Source of the DNA: a virus
Strand: one strand, 5' to 3'
DNA length: 64,000 nt
IMG/VR virus record: IMGVR_UViG_3300047666_001259
Span: 32,001 to 96,000 of that record
Both the position numbers and the translations under genes were made by a program. The notes under the pieces are model-generated. The model was given only the letters and a program-made list of their open reading frames with translations, searched no databases and had not been told where the DNA came from. The stretch's first letter is position 1. Each line of letters begins with the position of its first letter. This document shows, one piece after another, positions 6,518 through 16,294 of this stretch.

Positions 6518-9500
6518 TTATATTTGATAGGCAAAACCACCTAAACCATTTCTTCCGACATTTGCATCTCCAACCAAAAGATTAGGTACAATTGTTTGCG
6601 CTGTAATATAAGTGCCTAACACATCTAGTTGAATTTGTGATAATTCCAACCCAGCTAACCCCAACTCTTCTTCATCGCTAATAAAGAAGTTATTGCTTGT
6701 ATTTCCAAAAGGATTGGCGAATTCCATACCGAAGTTAGGATCATATTCAGCAAAATTAAACCCTCCTGTATTATTAGAACCTCCCCCTATTTCCTGAATA
6801 ATATCAACAAAACCATCAAGAAGTTGTTGAAATAAATCAGCAGTGTCCTCAACTGGTGTGTATTGATCGATATTTGTAACAGCAAAATCTTGAGCTAAAA
6901 ATTTTGATCTCATTCTAAGCTTATCAACTTCAATAAGCTCTCCATCCACTAAGCCTCCAAAGTTTCCATCACTATCCCCAACATCAATAACCTCCTGCAT
7001 ACTTGGGTTTCCAGCCAATGTCTCACCTTCTGAGTTATAAACCCAAACTTGATCACCATTTTCCCACCATATACTTGCATCACCATGTAAAGTGTTGGAA
7101 CCACCAGCTCTTCCAATTTTATAAAGAACATCATTGTTCAGTTTAAAATCAAAACCCCTATATCCATCTACTTCTGAAAAGTCAGCGAAAGGAATATGGA
7201 CATCTATAACTTTTTTAGTTGGAAAAGATACTATGTTCTCATCTGTACAGGGAATGACTTCAACTGAATTTGAACTCCAAAAAGAAGATTCTAAAATTTC
7301 TCCATATAGATTAAATCTGCCATAAGTTGTCAGATTTAATCTAGAGTTTGGCAAGATATTATCAGACAAAAGAGCTATGTGATTTATGTAAACTTTTTCC
7401 GAGAAAGGCATTGGAGTTCCAACATACCCTTGTTCACCTTCGTCTTCAATAAAAGTAGTAAGTATGTCTTCCGAATCAGGAATAACATTTCCTAATCCAT
7501 AAAAATTACCTCCGTTATAAATTGATCTATTCAAATAGAAGCACTCTTCATTTTCCTGATCGTAAGGAGTTAGTACGCTCCCTAACACATTAACAAGATA
7601 TTTATTTACACCTTCCTCAGAAGTTTCTAAGAAATCTGGAGGAACTACCATTGTCCTATATCCTTCTTTTGCAAAAGATATTTCATAATAACACTTTTGG
7701 TTTGCTGTGTTAGCGTATAGCTCAAAATTGACACCACTCTGACTAGAGGGGGTGTATTCTTGGATTGTTTCTAAAAGCCACCCTTCCACTGTAATTTCTA
7801 CCGTTAAGAATCCTCCACCATCTTTTGAAGAAAAGGTAATCGATGATTCATTATCATCAAAAGTTGCTTTAAAATCTTTCTCTAATCCCTGATTTTTAAT
7901 ATAGTCATATTGACCGCCATCAAGCTTTGCTTTAAACCTTACATAGTAGCTACTAAAGGCTCCCTCAGCATCAACAGGCAGTTTTGTTCCGTTAACAATA
8001 AAGTCTTTGTCTGCTGGGAAAAAATCATAATCATTAGGGTTTGTAGACCCAGTGTAAGTTGCCTTAATTTTATGAGGAACAAAATTATCGTAACTAATTT
8101 TCACTGGGAAACTCTTTTCTTCTCCCGCTAAAATCGCAATTTCCTGATCTAAACCAAAAACTGGATTCACTGGAATTACTGAATTTATCCCAGTGTTTCT
8201 AATTTTAACAATCATAGTGTCGCAGGGAAAAAATTCAGCGTTCACCCCTTGCCAAGAAGCTCCGTTCCTTAAAACTGAAGGGCTAGAATAATTAAACACA
8301 TCATTGTTAGAGAAGTTTGAGTTATAAGCCTTTCTTCCTTCGAAGAGTAGCCTGTTTTTGTAAACATCTCCAATATTGAATTTAACCTTACCTCTTTCGG
8401 TTTGATCTAAAATGTAAAGCTGAGAAACTGGAATAATTCCATTTTCTAATCTGAATTTTTCAGATAATGAAAAATTAAACTCTTCTTTAAGCTCAATTTC
8501 AACATCATCATTAACTATTATTTGTAAATCCTTGCTTATCTCATTTTCTTCCCAAGACATAGAATAAGGGAATTCAATAGACTCCCCATTTAGCAAAACG
8601 TCCATATCAGGAACAGAGCCAATATTGTAGTTGATTATGTCAGAGAAGGTCTCATCTGCATTATCTGCATTAGGATCATAAGAAGCATCAAGAGTTATTC
8701 TGTATCTTGTGTAATATTCATCACCTTCTACATCAGGGTTAAAGAAAGAAATTTCTTCCACATTAAGAATAACATGAGTTCCGATATAACTTCCACTACC
8801 AATAACTAAAGAGAAACCAGCCGTAACAATATCTAAAGCCCCAGTTGGAAGCGCTGTATAGAATGCAACATTGCCTCCAACATTTCTAAATAGTATTCCT
8901 TGAGAACCCTCTTCTCCCTCAAGAGTTTGCGATGCTACCTGACCAAAGTAATAAGAAAAATTCGTAGCAGGAGAAGCTAGGTTAAATAAACAAGTTTCAT
9001 TTCCGAAAGGAGATGCTTCGTTTAAATATATTTGCATATTGAACACTTGACCTTCTTCAATTTCATCACCAGTGGTTGAGAAAGAAATTTCTCTAGGTTT
9101 TTCTTCCTTAACGTCTAAATCCAATCTAATCCAATGCTTATTGAAAAAGAAAGAAAAATCGTTTTCAATTATAAGAGCCGACTCTCCAAAAGCATCAAAA
9201 TCAAATGTATTTGTTCCGTAAGAAACAAAATCTCCATCAACATTATAAAAAACAAGCTTTTGTTCCCAAGACTGATCCTCATAATAAAAGTCATCTGATA
9301 CTAATCGAATATAAGCAGAATCGAATGGATAGTTGTTTAATTCAATAAGATATTTTCCATTTTTTCTTCTAAAAATGTTATCTGTATCAAAAGAGTAAGT
9401 ACTACTTTGAGTTGTGGAATATAAATCAGAATAATTTGCATCTGAATATATCTCAAGAGTCAAGTTGTTGCAATCAATAATTGTAGAGGATAGTTTTCCG

Positions 9501-9670
9501 TATATTCTAAAGTTACGTGATCGATCTCTTTCTATTCTAAACTGTCTACTTAAATCGAAATCATTGTCGTATTTCTCTTTTTGAATTTCATGAAAAGTTC
9601 TCCCTAAATCTATTCTGATGAATTGATCTATATTATCGTCATTGATTAATATTTTCTTTTTATTTGCCAT
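6518..9670 (-). CDS. large virion/tail protein with a Calx-beta-like segment
   Basis: 1050 aa, very acidic; WEENEISKDLQIIVNDDVEIELKEEFNFSL. Confidence 0.55.
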   Translation of the reverse strand: MANKKKILINDDNIDQFIRIDLGRTFHEIQKEKYDNDFDLSRQFRIERDRSRNFRIYGKLSSTIIDCNNLTLEIYSDANYSDLYSTTQSSTYSFDTDNIFRRKNGKYLIELNNYPFDSAYIRLVSDDFYYEDQSWEQKLVFYNVDGDFVSYGTNTFDFDAFGESALIIENDFSFFFNKHWIRLDLDVKEEKPREISFSTTGDEIEEGQVFNMQIYLNEASPFGNETCLFNLASPATNFSYYFGQVASQTLEGEEGSQGILFRNVGGNVAFYTALPTGALDIVTAGFSLVIGSGSYIGTHVILNVEEISFFNPDVEGDEYYTRYRITLDASYDPNADNADETFSDIINYNIGSVPDMDVLLNGESIEFPYSMSWEENEISKDLQIIVNDDVEIELKEEFNFSLSEKFRLENGIIPVSQLYILDQTERGKVKFNIGDVYKNRLLFEGRKAYNSNFSNNDVFNYSSPSVLRNGASWQGVNAEFFPCDTMIVKIRNTGINSVIPVNPVFGLDQEIAILAGEEKSFPVKISYDNFVPHKIKATYTGSTNPNDYDFFPADKDFIVNGTKLPVDAEGAFSSYYVRFKAKLDGGQYDYIKNQGLEKDFKATFDDNESSITFSSKDGGGFLTVEITVEGWLLETIQEYTPSSQSGVNFELYANTANQKCYYEISFAKEGYRTMVVPPDFLETSEEGVNKYLVNVLGSVLTPYDQENEECFYLNRSIYNGGNFYGLGNVIPDSEDILTTFIEDEGEQGYVGTPMPFSEKVYINHIALLSDNILPNSRLNLTTYGRFNLYGEILESSFWSSNSVEVIPCTDENIVSFPTKKVIDVHIPFADFSEVDGYRGFDFKLNNDVLYKIGRAGGSNTLHGDASIWWENGDQVWVYNSEGETLAGNPSMQEVIDVGDSDGNFGGLVDGELIEVDKLRMRSKFLAQDFAVTNIDQYTPVEDTADLFQQLLDGFVDIIQEIGGGSNNTGGFNFAEYDPNFGMEFANPFGNTSNNFFISDEEELGLAGLELSQIQLDVLGTYITAQTIVPNLLVGDANVGRNGLGGFAYQI

Positions 9671-9680
9671 TATTATATTC

Positions 9681-12600
9681 TTAAGCTAGATGATATGGTA
9701 TTAAATTACTAACCCCTCCATTACATGTATACCCAACATAATCAGACATAAATCTTGAGTCATACCATCCTCCTTTATTTTGTGCAGGATTAGCTATAGC
9801 CATTCCGTTTACCTCTATTGTGTGTTGACCTTTATTCCCACTAACCCAATGATCTTTACATCCTTCGCTAGAAGTCCAACTACCATCACTATAATTTGTT
9901 CTACAATTCAATAACCTTGTTCTCATGTGATAGGTCGGTATTGCGTTTTCGTCACCTCCCGTATGGTTTAAAGATACTATAGGGACTGAGAACCCTTCTG
10001 GCCCTTCGGCTTTCAAGTTATTTCCCCCATTATAAAGAGTGATATTTTTCCAAACTAAACCGTATCTTGCTTTAGTGTATTTAAAGTCATCAAAATCAAA
10101 TACTGCATTTGTCGGAAGGATTAACTCTAAGTGATTAAATGATCCAAATAAACCAAAAGGTATTGGGTATGATTGATTTGGGGTTAAAGTAATCATGCCC
10201 ATAATATCCACATCGACAACTCCTTTATTAGTGATTTCTAACGTCATAGCTTGCATGGTAAGCATATTACCCTCACTATCATTTGACCAGAACTTTCTAC
10301 CTCCAGCGCCTCCATCGTTTTTCGTCTGTGGTCTTAATCTATTTCCTGACTTACCTCTTTGAGCGTAAAACTTTCCGAACTTCAATTTTACAAACTGAGA
10401 AATTGGCACTGGGTCTGGTGAAACCAAGTTATAAGGAGATGGGTCTAATATTCTATAAATATCTAAAGAACCCTCTCTAATATTAGGGGAGTTTCCCATT
10501 TCTAAAGCAATTCTTCTTCCATCTTCAAAATTTTCAAAACTAATTGAATTACTATAAGGAGCAACGGAAGTGTAGTAGCTAGTAGTAGCTTCGCTCTCTG
10601 AGACTGTTAAGTTTGGTCTGTCAGTATCGTTTTCTAACATAGCCTCTGAACCTCCCCACCAAGGGTAACTAAACACTCTCGGCATACCTTCGGGTCTTAA
10701 CCAATACCCGTACCCACACTCAACTCTCTGATATTTCTCCCCATTTAAAACAGATGAGACACCATTATCAATCGGAAACAAAACATTTGGTTTATAACCG
10801 TTGGCATACATTTCATTCTGGTTAACTCCTTGTTCGTACTTATATAGATAATTTTGGGTCACTGTCTTAGAAAAATTGTTCTTAAACCAATTTAAACTAG
10901 CCCCAACACCTCCATCATAAGAAACCCCATAGCCTCCCGTACCACCCAAGCCAGAATCTGAATTTTCATCACTAAAGTCAGCAAACTGCCTTCCAACTAG
11001 ATCACCATCTATATACTTTGGTCGTTCAATATATTTTTTACCTTCCTCACTAAGAAGGTTGAAGTCAGGATTCATTACCACAGGCACTTTTGGAATGCTA
11101 TATTTTTCTGGATACAAAGGACTCCAAGGTTTTTCGTAAGGAAAGAACCCCTCAACACCAACTGATCCTGCGTTTGGTGTTGAGTAAGATGTATTGTTTC
11201 TGTTTAGATTAAAATGATCTCTTGTTGCATACTCAACCTCATCGAGATGAGTTTTTTCTAACCCTGTATGTCTAAATACGGCATCCTTAGAAATGTATTG
11301 TTGCGATATCTGATAACCAGCTAGCCAAACTCCTCTCTTGCCAGTTGGGTTTCCATTAGCATCAGTTCTAAACCCGTCAGGGTCATACATATTAGCTGGA
11401 ATCTTAAAAGCATGATATCCTTTAGTTCTAAATTCAGCATTCTTTTTTCTTTGAGCAAACTCATTATACCAAAATATTCTTGAATCCTCATCACGGTCAT
11501 ACATGTTGTGGATTTCAACAATTTCTTTATTTTTGATTGGATAACCTTCTTGAGACATATCTCTAACTGAAAAAGTTAGTGGTGAATTATAGCCTTTAGC
11601 CTGTAATTCCTCAATAGCTTTTCCTTCAAAAGAAATTGGAGTTGTAAAAAAGGTAACCCATTTTCTTAAATCTAGATTCACATCAATATTTACTTCCGTA
11701 TAACCTGTTTGAAATGAACCCCAGTTTGGAATAATATCTAACGGAATCTGACGGTAGAACAAACTAGGAATAGTATCTAAGTTTGGTTCGTCATTTACTG
11801 GGAATGGGAAATTGTTCAAAGCAATCTCATCCTTCGTTAGTCCTTGTTTAAATAAATCTACTTCAAACAACATTACTTGACTTCCTGTCGGAACATTGTT
11901 TAGAATGAACTCCCCATTATCGTTGGTGTATGTGAAGTGTTTGTAGTGAGAAGGGATAGTGTCAAACTCGCTACCACTTCTTAGATATTCTGAATTGTCT
12001 TGATTAAAAGACTGAGGGTCAAAGTACTCGTCTGGACTTGAACCTTCTTTTAGGTTTAAAGTAATTCTGTCACCTTGAGAATCTAAAGCTCCGAGTCTTG
12101 GGAACTGAGTTGAAGGCACAAAAACACCAACTGGCACATTGGCTAGTGGAATCCTTATTTTATTCCCTATTTCGTCTCTAATTGGCTGTAAAGCATTAAG
12201 AGTCCCCATTAGAGTCCCCGTGTCTGCCTCTTGATCAGGTAAGCTGTTGGTGAGATTATTGTAAACGTCAAGCGTATTTAAAAAATCTCTTGATCTAACA
12301 AGTTTTGTTGTAACAAATAAATCATCAATCTCTGCATCGTGAAAAAAGACAAACGACTTTGAGTCTCCCCCAAATCTTATGCTCATCTCTTCTAAAAAAG
12401 TTAATTTGAATGCATTTTTATCCTCCTCGTTAAAAACGAAATTATAAGCATTCGCATAACTATGTCCTGTGTAATATTGATCGAACTCAGTTGGTCGTAC
12501 TAAATTATTTTGAGAGTTTCTCAACCAAACCTCGTTTCCATCAAATTGATTTACGTATTGTGGAACACCCTGTTGATTCAACAGGACAATCGAAGGCACA

Positions 12601-12689
12601 CTATCTTTCTCACCCAACGGTATTTTGGTGTCGAAAAACACTACTGTTGTTCCTGTGCGTGACTTTTTAAGTAAAATTTCCTCTTGCAT
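9681..12689 (-). CDS. large putative baseplate/tail structural protein
   Basis: 1002 aa; TNDNGEFILNNVPTGSQ resembles a carboxypeptidase-regulatory-like beta sandwich. Confidence 0.55.
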   Translation of the reverse strand: MQEEILLKKSRTGTTVVFFDTKIPLGEKDSVPSIVLLNQQGVPQYVNQFDGNEVWLRNSQNNLVRPTEFDQYYTGHSYANAYNFVFNEEDKNAFKLTFLEEMSIRFGGDSKSFVFFHDAEIDDLFVTTKLVRSRDFLNTLDVYNNLTNSLPDQEADTGTLMGTLNALQPIRDEIGNKIRIPLANVPVGVFVPSTQFPRLGALDSQGDRITLNLKEGSSPDEYFDPQSFNQDNSEYLRSGSEFDTIPSHYKHFTYTNDNGEFILNNVPTGSQVMLFEVDLFKQGLTKDEIALNNFPFPVNDEPNLDTIPSLFYRQIPLDIIPNWGSFQTGYTEVNIDVNLDLRKWVTFFTTPISFEGKAIEELQAKGYNSPLTFSVRDMSQEGYPIKNKEIVEIHNMYDRDEDSRIFWYNEFAQRKKNAEFRTKGYHAFKIPANMYDPDGFRTDANGNPTGKRGVWLAGYQISQQYISKDAVFRHTGLEKTHLDEVEYATRDHFNLNRNNTSYSTPNAGSVGVEGFFPYEKPWSPLYPEKYSIPKVPVVMNPDFNLLSEEGKKYIERPKYIDGDLVGRQFADFSDENSDSGLGGTGGYGVSYDGGVGASLNWFKNNFSKTVTQNYLYKYEQGVNQNEMYANGYKPNVLFPIDNGVSSVLNGEKYQRVECGYGYWLRPEGMPRVFSYPWWGGSEAMLENDTDRPNLTVSESEATTSYYTSVAPYSNSISFENFEDGRRIALEMGNSPNIREGSLDIYRILDPSPYNLVSPDPVPISQFVKLKFGKFYAQRGKSGNRLRPQTKNDGGAGGRKFWSNDSEGNMLTMQAMTLEITNKGVVDVDIMGMITLTPNQSYPIPFGLFGSFNHLELILPTNAVFDFDDFKYTKARYGLVWKNITLYNGGNNLKAEGPEGFSVPIVSLNHTGGDENAIPTYHMRTRLLNCRTNYSDGSWTSSEGCKDHWVSGNKGQHTIEVNGMAIANPAQNKGGWYDSRFMSDYVGYTCNGGVSNLIPYHLA

Positions 12690-12814
12690 TTTGTACTTTG
12701 TCTTTGATATAAATAATACATGTTAAATTTCTGAAAGTAAAGAATTTTAATTATCTTTGATTTATTATGAGAAGCTAGCGTATTAAAAAAACAAAAATTT
12801 GAAGAAATATCATA

Positions 12815-12994
12815 ATGGAACTATCAAAAATAAATAATGTAGTTTTTGAAAACATTGATTTCAATGACTACCCAGATTACTCAGATGCTTATATATTTAG
12901 TGCTGACTATGACGGAAAACCAATGAGTAAAATAGAATTAGATTCACTTCCTAGCGAGTGGGTTTATGAACTGTTAATCAAACAATTAGACTAA
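12815..12994 (+). CDS. 59 aa hypothetical protein (not in the ORF track)
   Basis: MELSKINNVVFENIDFNDYPDYSDAYIFSADYDG..., downstream of TATCTTTG at 12752. Confidence 0.6.
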   Translation: MELSKINNVVFENIDFNDYPDYSDAYIFSADYDGKPMSKIELDSLPSEWVYELLIKQLD

Positions 12995-12995
12995 A

Positions 12996-13424
12996 ATGGA
13001 ATTAACAGAACAAGACAGGCAAGACCTTAAAGTAGAAATAGATCACATTTTTGACTCAGGAGCAAATAATATTCGTTTATCTGAAATGATGGATAGATTT
13101 ATCTCTCAAAAAACAGGCTCTTTAGATGTAAATTGCTTGGGCGAAACTCAAGATATGGAGTACTTAGAGAAGAATCTCCTTGCCTCTTTAAAGAAATTAC
13201 CGCATGAAATAAAATATCCAGAAGTAGATGGATTTTATAAGCACTATAAAGGTGGGGTGTATAAATTCATGTCTATGTCTGAACATACAGAGACAGGAGA
13301 AAAATTAGTCATTTACCAATCTTTATTATTCGGAAGTATCTACGCTAGACCTTTAGAAATTTGGAATGAAAGTGTAAATGTTGGATCAGAAGTAGTGCCG
13401 AGGTTCAAAAAAATGACTACTTAA
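12996..13424 (+). CDS. DUF1653-family protein with an N-terminal extension
   Basis: YKHYKGGVY...HTETGEKLVIYQSL...IYARPL...VPRF. Confidence 0.8.
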   Translation: MELTEQDRQDLKVEIDHIFDSGANNIRLSEMMDRFISQKTGSLDVNCLGETQDMEYLEKNLLASLKKLPHEIKYPEVDGFYKHYKGGVYKFMSMSEHTETGEKLVIYQSLLFGSIYARPLEIWNESVNVGSEVVPRFKKMTT

Positions 13425-13428
13425 AATT

Positions 13429-13617
13429 ATGAAATGCGAAAAACATAAGAAAGGCATGATTGTACTTCATGCTTTCTCAGAAGGTGAATGTATTATTTGT
13501 GATACTCATATTGACACTGCCCACATTCCCTGCGATTTGGTTTGTCAAAAATGTAGTGAAGAAAAAAACTTATGCCATATTTGTGGTGAATCTACTGCTT
13601 GCCCTGACAAGCAATAA
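13429..13617 (+). CDS. Cys/His-rich small Zn-binding protein
   Basis: Several CxxC motifs. Confidence 0.6.
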   Translation: MKCEKHKKGMIVLHAFSEGECIICDTHIDTAHIPCDLVCQKCSEEKNLCHICGESTACPDKQ

Positions 13618-13927
13618 CATCATCTAGCTCCTTCTTTATAGTTTCCATATATGATGCATCGAAAACATCATAAAAGAATCCTATCCTCATTGTGTGATAG
13701 GAGTTGTTTATAATATTTTTAAATTCTCTCTGATTATCTTGCTCATACCTTTGAAATGAATCCTTAGAATCTAGGACTTCAACAGGAAATCTATGAAAAA
13801 ATAACTCAAAATGATCTCCACATTCTTCTTGTAATTCAACCATTTCATTATAAGTACAGTCCGTAGGCTTAACGGTAGAGCCTAAAGTCAAACAAAAAAT
13901 CAACAGTATAAAGATTGATAGCTTCAT
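13592..13927 (-). CDS. secreted hypothetical protein
   Basis: N-terminal signal-like hydrophobic stretch; coupled to the baseplate gene. Confidence 0.55.
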   Translation of the reverse strand: MKLSIFILLIFCLTLGSTVKPTDCTYNEMVELQEECGDHFELFFHRFPVEVLDSKDSFQRYEQDNQREFKNIINNSYHTMRIGFFYDVFDASYMETIKKELDDVIACQGKQ

Positions 13928-15798
13928 TATAAAGAAGCTACACGGATTGAAACATCTTTTGCTACATCCATAATCTCGAACATCACCAAAGGTAAACCTC
14001 TTACTGAATTGTCTAGTAAGTCAATCTCAGTAATATAACCCCCTGTTTCAGGAATCAATTGTGTGTTTGATCCAGCTTGTGGGTGAAGAGTTTCTGAATA
14101 ACCACCATCTTGCATGTTGAAGAACTTAATCTCGACAACGTTAATCACGCCCGGTACCTCTCGGAGGGTGTCTACAATTTGAGATACGTAAATATGCTCA
14201 TTCATTTCCCATTTTTCTACATCAAAGAAATCGTTAATCTCTTTCACTGTAGCTTGCTTAATCTCTTTTGAATTAAAGTTATCTCCATCAATCAACAGAT
14301 CAACATTTATTCTAAGATTTATAATCTTTCCATCGTTGATCTCAACAAAGTCGTTTATCATTCTGTAACGAGAAATGTAATTAATCAAATTGTCTTTAAT
14401 TCTATCGGTTGAAGGAGATACTAGTTTTCCATTTCCAGCTCTGGAAATGATATGCATGATTACCTTATTCTCATCAACTTCAGCTGCAATTCTAAATGGT
14501 GATCCGAATTTTCCATCAATCTGATAGGCACGAGATGTGTAATCCCTGAGAGTAACACATCTCTCTTGAGCTGCGTGGTTAGCTGCTGTGTTGCTGACGA
14601 TTTCTTCAACAGAAGGCAATCCTCTACCCCCAAGAGCTGGAAATGGGTTACTTACTCTTGTTGAAGCTACGACTGCATCGTTAGTTCCTTGGTCGATTCC
14701 CGGGTTGGTTGAGTTGATATTACTAACCTCCTGTAAAACATTTGCCCCAACATTAGAAGTCAAACCCCCACCAGCTCTATACTTTACATAAACAGTACAA
14801 TTTGCAGGTAATTTTTTTCCTAAAGCCTTATTATCTAGTACATCTCCAATATTGATCGCACTCTGAGGCTTGAAAGGATTTTCAACCCCAATCAATGAGT
14901 CCAAATAATTCTCATAAGCATCATACGACTCTACGCCACCACCAAAAGTAATCCTACAAGAACCGTCTGCTAAAAATTCTTTCTCAAACCTTCTAGGAAC
15001 TTCTTTCCAATATCCTTGGAAATTTCCATTTGCATCTTGAACATCTGATTGCTTAAAAAATAAATCATCAGTCGGAAGAAAGTCTACTTCATACCATTTA
15101 ATCGAATCGTTGTTGAAATCTGAAAATGTTGGATTAGAATCCAACCCTAACTGCTCGTATATGATTATAGAATCTACATGAAGAACATTCTTATCAGGGA
15201 TATTGAATTTATAGAAAGGCTTATTGCCATCAGTAATTTCTCTTTTTATGATCTTAGTAACCCCTGCCTTAACCTTTTCTCTCTTTACGATTTGATATCT
15301 AAGAAGTTGTTGGTTCTGGTTTAAAACCTCATTAATAACTCTGTTTGGTATTCCGTCTTCCGAGAAGTCAGAAGAAAAATCTATATCTTCAAGAGTTTCA
15401 AAAACTTGACCACCACCAGCAACCCTTAACCCTGAACGGTATATTGGTAAATATGAAGTGTCTGGCCCGTCAGAGGTAGCTGGTACATCAATGATTATAT
15501 CAACAACTGTTACCGCAGGGCGTACACCCGGCACCCTATAACCTTTGGTTTTTGCCAACCTATAAGCATCAACTCTTTGACGAACTCCGTCTAAAAACAG
15601 TGAGTTGAATTTTTTGTCCGCAAGGTGAGAAAGAAGATCACCAACATAGGCATTCAAGTCGAGTATTGCCATGCCCGGTGATGCTACATTGAAATCTTGC
15701 CACTCATCTGGATAAAAGGCTTTTAGATAATTCTCCAAATCTGTTCTAATGGAAGAAAAATTTCTACTTAAATAATTAACTTGTACTTGATCTGACAT
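13927..15798 (-). CDS. baseplate wedge subunit (T4 gp6 / baseplate J-like)
   Basis: NYLSRNFSSIRTDL..YLK..YPD.WQDF..ASPG..LDL.AYVGDLLS; AAQERCVTLRDY. Confidence 0.85.
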   Translation of the reverse strand: MSDQVQVNYLSRNFSSIRTDLENYLKAFYPDEWQDFNVASPGMAILDLNAYVGDLLSHLADKKFNSLFLDGVRQRVDAYRLAKTKGYRVPGVRPAVTVVDIIIDVPATSDGPDTSYLPIYRSGLRVAGGGQVFETLEDIDFSSDFSEDGIPNRVINEVLNQNQQLLRYQIVKREKVKAGVTKIIKREITDGNKPFYKFNIPDKNVLHVDSIIIYEQLGLDSNPTFSDFNNDSIKWYEVDFLPTDDLFFKQSDVQDANGNFQGYWKEVPRRFEKEFLADGSCRITFGGGVESYDAYENYLDSLIGVENPFKPQSAINIGDVLDNKALGKKLPANCTVYVKYRAGGGLTSNVGANVLQEVSNINSTNPGIDQGTNDAVVASTRVSNPFPALGGRGLPSVEEIVSNTAANHAAQERCVTLRDYTSRAYQIDGKFGSPFRIAAEVDENKVIMHIISRAGNGKLVSPSTDRIKDNLINYISRYRMINDFVEINDGKIINLRINVDLLIDGDNFNSKEIKQATVKEINDFFDVEKWEMNEHIYVSQIVDTLREVPGVINVVEIKFFNMQDGGYSETLHPQAGSNTQLIPETGGYITEIDLLDNSVRGLPLVMFEIMDVAKDVSIRVASL

Positions 15799-15811
15799 CT
15801 TCTTTTGTTTT

Positions 15812-16201
15812 TTAAACTACTGGGTTTTGAAATTGGAATGACAAATTTATCTCGTCTTCCAGTGAATTGAATACAACTATGCTGTAAACAAATCTCACTT
15901 TCAAAACGTAAGTGTTTTCATCAAATTCAAAGATTAATTCTTCTAATTTAATTTCTGGAATTACATCCTCTATAACTTGCCTAACTTCGGCTTCTAGCAT
16001 ATCCTCAGTAATATCATCCCAAGGATCAAAAATATAGTTATAGAAAGGTGAATAAACGTTAGAGCGCATGGGACGCTGACCCGGTTTCGTAGTCATCAAC
16101 GAAATCAAGTTTGTCTTAATCGCATCTCTGGTGGTTTTTGTGGTTTGAAACCTACCTCCTTGAGAAGAGTCATTAAACGGAAAAGCTATGCCTATATTCA
16201 T
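15812..16201 (-). CDS. baseplate wedge subunit (gp25/W-like)
   Basis: IGIAFPF...AIKTNLISLMTTKPGQRPM; likely start ATG 16201. Confidence 0.85.
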   Translation of the reverse strand: MNIGIAFPFNDSSQGGRFQTTKTTRDAIKTNLISLMTTKPGQRPMRSNVYSPFYNYIFDPWDDITEDMLEAEVRQVIEDVIPEIKLEELIFEFDENTYVLKVRFVYSIVVFNSLEDEINLSFQFQNPVV

Positions 16202-16273
16202 TTTTATACCTTTGTATTCATAATGTAAATAATGCAGCAAAAAAAATAAACTAATTAAATCTTTTTGCCACAG

Positions 16274-16280
16274 TATTTAT
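16274..16280 (+). promoter_or_regulatory. putative phage late promoter TATTTAT (representative copy)
   Basis: Same heptamer about 5-35 nt upstream of at least 10 genes, on the coding strand. Confidence 0.65.
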
Positions 16281-16294
16281 AATAAAAGTTCACA

